Shown here piece by piece: positions 50,852 to 63,169 of a stretch of 64,000 nucleotides of DNA. Numbering within the stretch: position 1 is the first letter of the stretch; each line of letters opens with the position of its first letter. Origin of the DNA: Phoronis australis. Taxonomy: Eukaryota; Animalia; Phoronida. A program made the translations under genes and the position numbers. The stretch spans positions 1 to 64,000 of the forward strand of contig NMRA01000568.1 in NCBI GenBank assembly GCA_002633005.1, given 5' to 3'. The notes under the pieces are model-generated. The model ran no database searches, was not told where the DNA came from, and saw only the letters and a list, made by a program, of their open reading frames with translations.

Positions 50852-52000
50852 TAGGCCATAGTCCATTCGACTATAGGAAGCCTAGAAAATCACTTCCGTG
50901 GCTACTTTTTGGGGGCAAGATAATTCTGGTGTTTTTAACTTTATTAAGTACTATACTTTAAGAATCTAAAAGTTACTAAGGTTTGAAGTGCACTTTTTCG
51001 AGAAATTTGACCTAAAAATCTGACTTTTTGCAAAATTTGGCACAGAAAACCAATCTTCAAAAACCAACAACACTAGACCCAAGCTGAATGATAATTTGAT
51101 CGGGTTTTGTTCATTTGAAGTTATAGGACACGAAAAGTGATAAATATTATGACATTAGTTGGAAAATTGCTGTAAAAAGACCAAGTGAAAAATTTTAGCA
51201 GCACCTCTTGTTGGCCAGAAAATATACTACTATATTCTGAACTAGCAAAAGAACAGCACTAGTGTTAACAATTTGGAACTTGGTAAAGATTTGATGTCAC
51301 AACCTACATATGAACAACATACAGTTCCAACGTTTCTGCAATAATTCACTGCCATCACTTTCATTAATTGTCACAGTTAATTATCCTTATCCACATTGCA
51401 CTTCATAGTCAACTGTCACAGGGAACCGTGCACCATTCAGTACTGACATCCACGAGCACGATAAAAGGTAAATATTTTCCATTAGGCTACAAATTTAAAG
51501 TTTTTTTAACAACATAACACACATGTTTTATGTTTGTTCATCCACTCCATTGTTTGTATTCATCATTATTGTCATCAAAAGTTGTTTCTTGAGACACCGT
51601 GTTCACAATCTCGACAGTCACGCAAGTTTGAACATGGCATGCCAGAATTCAAACAAGAGCACACTTTTGTACTATAACCACTCTTTTTACATTTGCAATT
51701 AACATTTTTCATGACACTTTCTGGGGCTAAAGGCAGAGTCATCCAGTGGAAATTCAGACTACCCTACTCCAAAAGTCACCCGAATTACCAACTGGAGATA
51801 GTGCACTGACATGCTGTTGCAAGGCTCGTTTGTGAATGGAACACTGGTAGTTTGCTCTTTTGGCATGTAACAACAAACAATCAGGAGGCAGAGGTGATTT
51901 AATCACAAATTTCAACCTGAATATGTGGTAGCATACTTTGTTAACTGTTGATGATGAGTCGTCGTAAAAGCTTACATACAAACTGTTAAATGTCTTCCAT
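50852..52000 (-). mobile_element. Academ-type DNA transposon 3' remnant (C-terminal Cys8 zinc finger)
   Basis: Minus 51990-51600: PLPPDCLLLHAKRANYQCSIHKRAL...HWMTLPLAPESVMKNVNCKCKKSGYSTKVCSCLNSGMPCSNLRDCRDCE. A TAGGCC... terminus sits exactly at the LTR break; the far boundary is uncertain. Confidence 0.7.
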
Positions 52001-52895
52001 CAGTTGACCAGGAAACGCAAAATAATGTTGAGCTCAACTTTAATGATGTAATTTAAAAAATATATCTGCAAGCCTGTACCCTCTCCGGTTTATATTTTTC
52101 GTCAACCAGAATAGCGGTTCATCTAAACACCTCAGCCTTGTTACAGTAATCATTTTTACTAAAACAGATAACCAAAAGGCTCTTCACTTTAGCACACTAT
52201 GACCAACAAGTGAAATTTTATTTTGTCAAGTGCTCAGCAAAATTAAGCATTAAGAGAAATGAGCAACATTACTAGGATTGATTGCATTGTAGAGTTGCCA
52301 GTTTAAGACATAGAAAAAATTTTATCACCCTTAATACCGGAGTTCAACCTTTGAAAATGGAGGAATGGTCATTTTGGCAATAGTTTTGGTGTGAAATTGA
52401 AAAGCGTCTTTTGAGGCTTTCTGTTTTAAATAAGACATAATTGGAAGAGTGAAACTTTCCTATTTTTATAATTCCACAATTCACGAATCTCCAAAATGTG
52501 AGACACTGAAATCTAAGCAACATTTGAATGTTCAATATAATAAATTACAGAACACGGGCAATATTTGCATTTTTATATTTCTCAGACTGCAAACACAGCT
52601 CATGTTTTTACATAAAGCGCCAGAAAATAGGCTTGGAAGTTCAAAAAGAGCAGAGCTGATCATTCACATGCAGGTGAAAACTACAGCCAGTATATTTGAG
52701 ATTGGGACAGCTAATGCTGTAAATTTATTAAGCAAACTAATTCTTTTTTTCTCTGTCCTAAACTAATGATTTTTTACCATAAATGATGGTTTTTCGAATT
52801 AAGAATAGGTAGGCCTATTTACAAGTGAATGTTTGGAAATGGAATAGCTTTTCAAGTTTTCTATTTTTTGTGAAGTTCTCTGTGATGGACTTTAA

Positions 52896-53858
52896 AGTGT
52901 ACACAACATGACTCTTGTACCTCAAAATAAATTATATTATTATATCTTACTAGATTTCAGTGCCTTTAGTGCACAGCTCATAAAGAAACACGCAAAAATT
53001 GAAAAAAATAATAATTATGTACAACGTCATGGGTTGAACCCAAGTCGTTCGCCATACTGTTCGGATCAGAGACAAAGTGTATTGAGTGAAGAGAAAGCAA
53101 AATACATTTAGCGTCGAGAAGGTTCGTAGAGGTATCAAAAGATGTGTTTCCATAGGCTGCAGCAACAGTAGCCAGGCGGAGAACGTCTCGGTGTTCCGAA
53201 GGATACCAAAGTTGCGCAGAAGTGGCATCGCTTCGTGCGCCGAACGAGAGTGTGGGACGTCATCGTGGACCAAGCGATTCGGTCCGGGGCCACTCTGTGT
53301 TCTGCCCACTTTGAGAACTCGCGTTTCGACTCCAGTCACAAGAGACGTTACGATGAAGGCCTGGTTCAATAAAGGACAATATTTATCATTCAGAAACATC
53401 AGCTCTTAGTTCAGGATCGTCTGTTGGATGACTGGGTTGACTCGCCGAGCCCGAGGCCGCTTCTCTCGCGGGAGGATCCAGTTCGTAAGGCTCAAAGTAG
53501 AAAAGTACGCTGCCGGAAGCACATTAAACTTATTCTCGCTTTCGTGCAACCCCATTTCCTTATCTTGGCCACCATTCCCGTACGTTTCTTCATAGTATTC
53601 GTTCAATTTTTGCTCATAATCGTCGTCGCTTTCAAATTCCCTGCTTTCCGCCATTGTTCAATGCTAGTCACTAATCTCTTGTGTTCAACCCATGACGTCA
53701 CATGGCGGGAAATGTGAAAATTGGCAAAATTGAAAGAAAAATCAAAATTTCGAGCTAATTACACAAAATAAACGTGGGTTTAGCTAAACTTTACGTCACA
53801 CATTTAGTTTGTGGCCACCGGTAATTCAAAATGTGCAAAAATCCATGGTGTGTACTGT
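52896..53858. mobile_element. Kolobok-like deletion derivative with TTAA TSD: THAP (+) and convergent acidic ORF start (-)
   Basis: TTAA|AGTGTACACAACATG and CATGGTGTGTACTGT|TTAA ends. Plus 53130-53340 (frameshifted THAP): IKRCVSIGCSNS.../PKDTKVAQKWHRFVRRTRVW.../LCSAHFENSRFD. Minus from 53654: MAESREFESDDDYEQKLNEYYEE. Confidence 0.75.
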
Positions 53859-54086
53859 TTAATTTGTGGCAAATGATACACTGTGGTGACAACACAGATA
53901 CATTTGTTTGATAACTGTTAAATGGAACTGACAGTGACTATCTCCTTAATTTCCTAGTAGGTTCAACATCGTTTCCTTCATCAGTTTGGTATTATTCTTT
54001 TTTGAAGAGCTGTTTCGATTCTAAGTGTCTGTAATACTGATTGTGATAGAATAGCCAATTGCCAATTACTTGCACACCCATCCAAG

Positions 54087-54265
54087 AATTGACCTATCGC
54101 AAGCTCCACCCCCTTCCGCAATGTCGACAAACAAACAATAAGTTTTACCCGGTAACGTGTTGTTTGTCGGGTAAAATGGCGGCTTGGAAACGAAGGTGTG
54201 TCAGGTATGCTGCGTTCTGATTGGTCACTTAAGCGGTCACTCAAAATCCTGGCGATAGGTCAATT
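54087..54265. mobile_element. 179-bp MITE with AATTGACCTATCGC TIRs
   Basis: Perfect 14-bp inverted repeat; the right part recurs at about 33850-33906. Confidence 0.75.
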
Positions 54266-54380
54266 AACACAATGTAGACAGTAGCTGTTAGCAAGTCAGC
54301 CAAGCGAACAGGATAACATCAGTTGGGTGTCTTTTGATGAATGTTTTCATGAAGCAGACAACTTGGGAATGGGAAAGATA

Positions 54381-54974
54381 CTCGCTGGTTCCCTGCGTGC
54401 CGCTAGGTGGGGCGGTAGCCTCGGCAACACGCAGGTGTCACTTAATTTGCCTCGGTAAATGTTTTTTACACCGGCGTTTCTGATTGGCTAGTCGAATTCT
54501 CAACAGGCAGCGCTTTACGCAAAAAAACTGGCATGACTAATGGACAGAAGTGTAAATGTGGTCTGTTGTACAGACAAATCGGTGATTAAAATTTATGTTC
54601 AGGAAATGTAAAGCCAAGAAATTGTGATTGCGCCTTTTCGGAATGCATCTTTCAACTGTCGATGACTTTTGTCTACGATAGTATCCTGTATTCATTCAAT
54701 ATGAATAACCAACCGGTTAAATCGGCTAGATATGTGTTTATTGTACATGTATGTGCTTCAAGCACAAGGCTATCAAAACATCACTGCAGAAACGAAATAG
54801 TTCCTGCGACGCCGCTTGGATGACAAGGCTAAAAATCGTTCACTGTCCGCCATTTTTTCACGGTGTTGTAAAGCTAACCAATGACTGCTGAGGTTACATC
54901 GACCAATGCTAAAGCGGGTACCACTGCGTAATACCCGCGTGTTGGGTGGGCTAAGCACGCAGGAAACCAGCGAG
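54381..54974 (-). mobile_element. About 590-bp MITE with CTCGCTGGTTCC TIRs, copy 2
   Basis: TIRs at both ends; flanked by a direct repeat GGGAAAGATA (54371-54380 and 54975-54984). Confidence 0.88.
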
Positions 54975-55159
54975 GGGAAAGATACGGACACAATATTTTC
55001 CTGGCATTTGATTGGCTGTTCTGATCATTTTGCACTGACACCTGGTGGCTAACATATTAGTTTAGGCTAATTTTTCCAACTTCAATTGTCGAGCACGCCA
55101 GGAGCTTACTGGCGGTAACAAGGTGTGATAAAGCGGAGTGTTGGAACTAGCGACTCATT

Positions 55160-58128
55160 ATGGAAACAAGATCTCAACTAAGGGAGCTGATGGCCTTCGC
55201 ACAAAAATGGGTCTGCAGGGAGACGACCTCAAACAGTTTGTGGAAAAACAGCAAGCTAAGGCGCGCGCAGGGGCTGAAGCGGAGGAGAGAAGACAAGCAC
55301 TTGAAGCCGAATATCAGAGAGAAAGGATGGAGCTTGAGAGGGCACTAGCAGCACTTAAAGCTGAACAAGTTTCAGCGGAGGGTAGCCATGTTAGACCAAC
55401 TGGTGGTGTAAGGCCGAAGTTACCCAAGTTTGATGAAGAGCAGGATGACATGGACAACTTCCTGGAAAGGTTTGAAAGATACGCAGAGAGGCAGGGACCT
55501 AGAGTGAATGGGTGGTTAGTCTCAGTCTCCTGTTAACAGGGAAGGGCCTGCAGGTTTATACCAGCCTGCCGATGGCTGATGCACTGGACTATGCTACACT
55601 CAAAAGAGCCTTGCTGAAGCGGCATGAGCTGAAGGAGGAGAGCATTCTCAGACAGTTCCGGGAAGCGAGGACTGAGAAGGTTGAGAATGCTTACCAGTTT
55701 GTGGACCGTATATACAGCGTTACCTAGACAGGTGGATCGCCATGTCCGACTGTGGCAAAGACTTAGTTGAGAGTTAGCGTGTGAGAAGTACGTGAGCACC
55801 TATACTGAGGACTTGGCCTTGTTCCTGCGATATCGGACACCCAAGTCTGTTCCAGAGGTGGTCGGCTTAGCAGAGAGATACATTGAGGCCTATGGAGTGG
55901 GTATAACAAGCACTCAGTCGAAAAAGTCCCAAGAACTACTAGTCAAGACAGACACCCAGAGAGTTGATGAGAAGAAAACTGATCTCGCAGATGAATGCGT
56001 TTCTTTTGTCACAAAGCTGGACACTTGGCAAGAGACTGTCGGAAGAGAACGCAGGAGAAGCAACACCAATAGTCAGCAGCAGTCAACCACCGAGGTTCCC
56101 TGAGTAAGGAGAATTCGGTGAAGCGTGCTAACCCTGAACGCGCCTTCAAAGGAAAGCTGCGTCTGAAGGACTGACATGTTGGCGCGAAGAAGTTCTCAGT
56201 GTTGAGAGACACAGGATGCACAACTATTGTCCTAAGATCCAGTCTAGTCGAACCAGGAGATATGACCTGCCGGAAGTCATCATGCGAGTTGGCGGATTCT
56301 ACAAAGAGATGACTGAGTGTAGCCAAGATCAACATGAAGACACCGTACTATATAGGAGAAGTATTTGCCATGGAGCGTCCAGTGGCCGATTTAATTACCA
56401 GGGACGTACCTGGCGCCTTGGATCCAGGGGATGTTGAACGACAGCAGACGGCAACTACTGTCAACAAGGACCGTACAGGCAATAGCCTGGCGGAGGGTCC
56501 GAAAGATGACTCTCAAAAGGGTACTACTTCCCAAGAGGAAAATCCAGTGATCTCAACTCTAGAGAGAGAAGAGGTGGCCGACATGTCGGTAGGAACGGAT
56601 CCTGATGAAGCCAACAGGGAAGCGGTAGCAGTGACTACCAGGGCTCAGGCAGAGCTACAAAAAGCGGACATTAAGCCGTTAGCTGTGTCTCCGACTATAC
56701 AAGAGATGGGACTAAAGCAGTTCAAAGAAGCCCAGCATGAAGATTCATCAATGAAAAAGCTGTGGGAGCAAGCTGAAGCCAGGTTCAAGGACAGACCAAA
56801 GGCAAGGGGTCATACGTGATGGAGGATCAGCGACGAATACTCTATCGGCTGTTCAAGAATAAAGACGGTGACGAGCTGAAACAAGTTGTAGTGCCCAGTA
56901 GTTTACGGAAGTCCGTGATGAGGCTCGCCCGTGAGTCCGTACTCGGTGGACACCTCGGCAATTTCTGTTGGCCAGGAGTGACGTCAAAATTGACCCGATT
57001 CTTCAGAACATGTGACATCTACCAGAAGACAATCCCGAAAGGTCGAGTAACCAAGTTACCCCTGGGAGAGATGCCTTTGATGGAGGAGCCTTTCAAAAGG
57101 ATTGCGATTGATCCGATTGTTCCTAAAGCTCCAGTTTCCGACAAGGGAAACAGATACATCCTCACAGTGGTATATTTCGCTACCAGTTACCCAGAAGCAG
57201 TGGCGCTACCGAAGATCGAAACTGAGCGTGTGGCTGAACCACTGTTAGAGGTCTTCAGTAGAACAGGGTTTCCACGGGAGATCCTAAGTGACCGTGGAAC
57301 ACAGTTCACAGCAGAACTGATGAAGGAGGTAAAGAGGCTTGTGAGTGCACAGCAGCTGTACACGACCCCTTACAATCCACGCTGTAACGGGCTCTGTGAA
57401 AGAATCAACGGTGTACTAAAGGCCATGCTGAAGAAGATGTGTCAAGAAAGACCAAAGGTCTGTGACTGGTATCTGCCAGCTTTCCTGTTTGCTTACCGGG
57501 AAGTCCCGCAATCAAGCACAGGCTTGTCACTCTTTGAGTTGCTATACGGTAGGACAGTAAAAGGTCCGATGCATATCCTGAGCGAACTCTGGATTGGGAA
57601 AGACAACAATGAAGTCAGAAATACTTACCAGTATGTCTTCGAACTCAGGAACCGCTTAGAGGAGACCTGCGAGTTCGCTAGAAAAAGCTTGTGTTATGCA
57701 CAAGGTATTCACAAGCATTGCTACGACAAAAAGACCAGTTTCAAGTGGGACAAAGACTGTTGGTACTACTTCCCACGGACCACAACAACTTATTCTGCAG
57801 TGAAAGGGGCCTTACAAAGTTAAAGACAAAGTCAACCGTATGGACTACAGAATCAACACGAACGGCAAGACTAAGATCTTTCATGCCAATCTGTTGAAGG
57901 CTTACCCCGAACGTGAAAGCTTAAATAGAGTGAGCCGCATTTCTTCACAGAAGAGAAAGAGTGTTCGCTGTTCAACGCTTTTGGTGCAGACTATTTAAGT
58001 CAAGTAGCAGAGACTGCAAGTCAAGGAGCATCTTAGAGACGGATACAGCAGCAGAAGATTATGTTTCTGTGCCAGAGGATTTTGTGTTCGAAAATTGTAA
58101 AGTAATTTTCTCTTTGGCAGGGGTGTGT
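55160..58128 (+). mobile_element. Gmr1-like Ty3/gypsy internal region: gag, protease, integrase; RT/RNaseH deleted; frameshifted
   Basis: Gag PKLPKFDEEQDDMDNFLERFERYA / LSLLLTGKGLQVY / DYATLKRALLKR; protease VLRDTGCTT (about 56200); integrase 56816-57823 (ILSDRGTQF, YNPRCNGLCERINGVLK) and GPY module; remnant GADYLS at 57983; G-rich PPT-like tract before the LTR. Confidence 0.92.
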
Positions 58129-58762
58129 TGTCAGAATTGAGACTGACACTGTGCTTAGTTTTACTTTGTTTGATTGTTCTGTTTGTGTCATTGATTGGCA
58201 TGACCCGTGATGTCAGTACAGTGATGATGTAATATGTTTACTACAGAGTAGCGTGGAACTTTCTAGAAGACTCTAGCATGTCAGTGATTAATGTAGTCTG
58301 GAATATTCTAGAAACTAATATATGTTTGTAGAAAGTTCTGGGATATGCTTGAATTGGTGAAAAGTTCTACAACATTACATTAGTCTATAAATACACAAGC
58401 ACGGATTTGTATTAGTCAGTTAAGCAGTTCAACAGTCGGGGTAAAGCAGTTAACAGTTAAACAGTTGGAGATACATTTGAGTTGCACTGAAGATAATCAG
58501 CAGATTCAGCGAGAGTCAACAGAGAGCCAGCTATAAAGACACCAGGTTATTGAATCAACGAGTGTAACGGTTGCTGAAGGTGTCTCAGAAGTTTATTACA
58601 AGTCAAGGCTTCGCAGCAGTGACTGGAGCGTAGAACAGACATTACGACGGACGTTTTGCTTGAGAAGGCTTGTGAACGTACGCTCGAGATTAATAAAGGA
58701 TTAACTCGAACCAGTTTTCAGTCTATCGTCGCACCGAAAGCTATTAGCACCGGTGTGTGACA
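58129..58762 (+). mobile_element. 3' LTR (634 bp, TG...CA)
   Basis: Ends TGTCA and TGACA; preceded by GGCAGGGGTGTGT; internal TATAAATA and AATAAA. Confidence 0.88.
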
Positions 58763-61700
58763 ACCTGCGCCCACCCACACACGGGGAAAAACGTGGCAAA
58801 TGCCTAAACTAGAACTTAGAAGCAAAAAAACAACGACGCTAAAGTAGAGCATGTAAAGGACGTTTCGATATTAATCAAAATTCATCCTAAGGTACAGTAG
58901 TAGACAGAAACAAAATATCGTGTCAGAATGAGATTGATACTGAAACGTCGTTCTCAAATATGGAAACGTTTTGGCCAAATTTCATTACATTTCACCACAG
59001 AAATCTAGTTATAGATACTGCCACCAGGGGAATATCAGTAGTCAGTATCTAGAACTTGACGTCGACTGATTGGATCACCTTAGAAACATATTTGCAAAAA
59101 TTAACGAAGTCCCTTTATGAAGTTATGAGACACAGCTACATACTGCCCGTAGTCAGGTACCGTGAAATACGCATGGTAAGTCTTTTCTATCGGTTATTGC
59201 TTGAAAACAAACAAAAAACATTTTTTATTTTCTTAGTCAGACAGCAAAGTGATGTAAAAAAATCATTGGAAAACACCAGCACCCCACAGACTGACCCCCA
59301 GACCACCTAAAAATAGCTAAAAATCAAAGACACAAAATTGGGCAAAATTTTGGCACTTCATTGAAGGTTAAAGGAAACTCATTTGAAAATCTTCTGCCAA
59401 AGAGGTTCAATGTCTACATAAACATTATAAATATGATTTCTTTTCCGTTCTCTTAAGCCGTTTTAAAACTAGTTCACTAACTGAACCTTTTTGAACCGAT
59501 AATGGGATATTTTGGGCCAAAATCTTCGTGATGCTCTAACTTAAAAAATAATGGTCCAAAAATTTGAAATAAGCATTTTGAACATCTGCCACCAGGATAT
59601 ATGTACAAACAATTTTTCTTCAAGATCTGAGTCGGTGACCCTAGAGTCGATCTCTTGGTGCTCTCTTAAAATGACAGTTAAGCCGCCGATTTTGATTTTT
59701 TAACAGAAGCGCTATGGGATTTAAAACATTGCCACAGTCATTTCATCTCTATTTGTTGCCGAATGTTATACTTTCTAATTTGCTACCTCGATAAACACTG
59801 AACTATTTTCTTAATTCCCTGATGGTTTCGATGATCTTGTTGGCAACGGAAATAGAATCCCATCGTGGTAAACAAAATATTTAGAGACCGATTATATGAC
59901 AGTAAAATGCTTAATTCTAGTGTCAGTTGTTTTAGCCAGACAGCAAAATGCAGCTTTAGCTTGATTGGTCACTACGTTCAGGTCTGTACTGCGTTCAGGT
60001 CTGTGCTAGCTTGGACGCTGCCAAATAGTTATGTATTCGTTCCAGTAATACTTCACAGTTCTATTAAACAACTGTAAGTCCTCCAGCATGACTGTGACAT
60101 GCTTCCAAAAGTAGCAGATGTTGTCTTCCTTCGTTGTTGGGAGACATGGTTTTACAGTCTTAAACTTCCAACGTAACTAAAGACTTCGTGACAAGCTATA
60201 CAGTTTATACAAACGACTGTATCTAAGTTCATTACGAGAAGTCCAGAACAACCATGAACATACGAAACCAACTAATTCAGATTTAATGATGACATAACTA
60301 CCAAGTAATGAGTATTATTACGAGTTTAAAAGTCAGAATTTAAAAAGTCATCGTACTGCCAGTTCTGAAAATGCCAAAGGCACTATCCAGCCCATTTACT
60401 GAGGCGCTTTTGGTTAATGATACAAGACGATTCGCAAAACTAGTAGCTAAAAGTGATCTCAGGTTATGTAATACATCAATTTGGATATCAAGTTCGTCTG
60501 ATTGAATTCATATAAAATAAGAAAGCTCGACTTTTTCAAAACACCAAGCTCAATCAAACAATATACACAAGATTCAAACGCTTTCGACTTTTCCTTACTC
60601 TAGTCAACCGATGCAAGCTCTCCAGTTCGTCCAATTTTCTTTCGAACTAAAATCACTGAACTAAATGACACCAGCGTTTGGTCACAGTAAAATCGGCCCA
60701 ACTTAAAGAAGACCCATGCGTTTACGGGTAATTGTAATTGGTTGAGACTTGAGAGGTGAATTAAAATCAATGCAGCTTCATTCCCCAATGTAACGTAGTA
60801 ACGAAGACAACGCCACTAACTTTCAAGCACGTATAGCTCAGTTAAGTATAGAGACAGTGGACTCGGTAAAAAGGGCACGCGGGAATGGTACACGAGAATA
60901 CACGAGAGAAAAAGGATAGAGGAAGTGGACATAAGACGTAATGTCTCACGTGCCCGTGTTCGCTCGAAAGCTAGTGCTTTTATTACTAAAAGTCACCGAG
61001 TTAGGGCGGGTTGTCTGATAAGTTATACAACGCTCAAGCCAGCGAAGTTACTAGACTGAAGATGTTTTTTTTCTCACGTTCGCATTGAGACGGCGTCACA
61101 ATTACTATATATAATGGAGCAGTTGATTTGCGGCGCTACCTAGTGGCCATCACATACCTCGGCTCAGGTCACTAAACCTCTCACAAACCTACTCATTCCA
61201 TTAGACTTCGGATTTGAATTAAAAATGCTCAGAATAAAAAGAAAACACCCAAAAATCAAGAAACAAACGTACAAAATTGAGTTTTCTTTCGATCTCAAAC
61301 TGCTGCGACAAAGCAAATTTTCAAAACATTATTTCAGTTATAAGATTATCTGCTATATGTCTTTATGTAATCCAATGCGTTAGGTCATACAAACTTACCT
61401 TAAGCCGGTGGATCGAGTAGTGCTCAAAGCGTTTCCAGTTTTCAATTATATAGCGATTGAAACCAACTAGATTAACTCGTGTGATTCATTGACTGCGACC
61501 GTCATGGCTGTAAGTGGGTGACAATTAGTTGAAGACGAATAGCGTGCATGATACCAGCAGTTGATGGAGGCTAAGTGGCCATTGTTACAATATCATTGAC
61601 TGGAAGGAGTTACCACGTGACTACCACGAGACTGACCAATGGGTAACGCATATTCGAGACATTTAGACTAATCGCTATTAATTAAGGAGACGGGTCGTAG

Positions 61701-62010
61701 CGCGTCTCACAATGGCACTTGCACGAAATTTGATTAGATCTGATTTCTCTTTCATAATGACATAGTGTAAGTGGGTGGGGACTAAATTGGAGATGCGTTC
61801 CGCACGCGAGAACATCACGAAACCCAAGATCTCGCAAGCCTTCACGAGAGACCGCAATGCACGAAAGCGCCATCTTCCCGCGCCATCTTTAAATACTGAT
61901 CGAAAACGAGGCACAATGATAAACCCTCATGAGTGATCATCAGCTGGCCATGGTGTACTGTGCAGTGCCTGAACGTACCAATTCCAGTAATAACTCGTCG
62001 GTATCCTTCC

Positions 62011-63110
62011 CAGGGATATACTTAGCCACTCGCCCAGTCGCCAATGCGAGTAAAAATGGTGCTGGGCGAGTAGAAGTTGACTTGCCGGTCGCCCGGNNNN
62101 NNNNNNNNNNNNNNNNNNNNNNNNNNNNNNNNNNNNNNNNNNNNNNNNNNNNNNNNNNNNNNNNNNNNNNNNNNNNNNNNNNNNNNNNNNNNNNNNNNNN
62201 NNNNNNNNNNNNNNNNNNNNNNNNNNNNNNNNNNNNNNNNNNNNNNNNNNNNNNNNNNNNNNNNNNNNNNNNNNNNNNNNNNNNNNNNNNNNNNNNNNNN
62301 NNNNNNNNNNNNNNNNNNNNNNNNNNNNNNNNNNNNNNNNNNNNNNNNNNNNNNNNNNNNNNNNNNNNNNNNNNNNNNNNNNNNNNNNNNNNNNNNNNNN
62401 NNNNNNNNNNNNNNNNNNNNNNNNNNNNNNNNNNNNNNNNNNNNNNNNNNNNNNNNNNNNNNNNNNNNNNNNNNNNNNNNNNNNNNNNNNNNNNNNNNNN
62501 NNNNNNNNNNNNNNNNNNNNNNNNNNNNNNNNNNNNNNNNNNNNNNNNNNNNNNNNNNNNNNNNNNNNNNNNNNNNNNNNNNNNNNNNNNNNNNNNNNNN
62601 NNNNNNNNNNNNNNNNNNNNNNNNNNNNNNNNNNNNNNNNNNNNNNNNNNNNNNNNNNNNNNNNNNNNNNNNNNNNNNNNNNNNNNNNNNNNNNNNNNNN
62701 NNNNNNNNNNNNNNNNNNNNNNNNNNNNNNNNNNNNNNNNNNNNNNNNNNNNNTAGCAATGCACCACAGTTTTGTAGCTAGTCTGTCATAGGTTACACAT
62801 ACGTCACAGCGCGTAAATTTGATGAATCCTAGCTTCCGATTTCACCCGTTTCGGAGACCAGGTTTTAACTGCCGTAGGCTACAAAAAGAGTCCCCCTGGG
62901 CGCTTATTAGAGCGAATACGGTAGCCCTAATAGATGGTGACATCAGTGCACGAAACGATGATTTTTATTTAAATTAGCAGCAAGTTTGTGGTGACTGACG
63001 CCAACGGCCGGGTGACCGAACTTCGGGCTTGGCGAGTAGATTTTCTGGCTCCGGCACTCGCCCAGCTGGCGAGCAGGGTTTTTCAAGACTAAAAGCCTGG
63101 GTAGGCCCTG
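62011..63110. mobile_element. Probable hAT-type MITE spanning the assembly gap
   Basis: CAGGG and CCCTG ends, with shared CACTCGCCCAG/GGCGAGTAGA subterminal motifs on both sides of the gap. Confidence 0.5.
62097..62753. other. Assembly gap (657 N)
   Basis: Run of N. Confidence 1.
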
Positions 63111-63169
63111 ACTTCCACACTTTTTCAAAAGAGGGAAAACTACTAAGGAATGGCTGAGGAGGGTAAAAG

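Noticed and set aside
61929-62781. ORFs of 234-275 aa
   Set aside because: Artefacts of the N gap.
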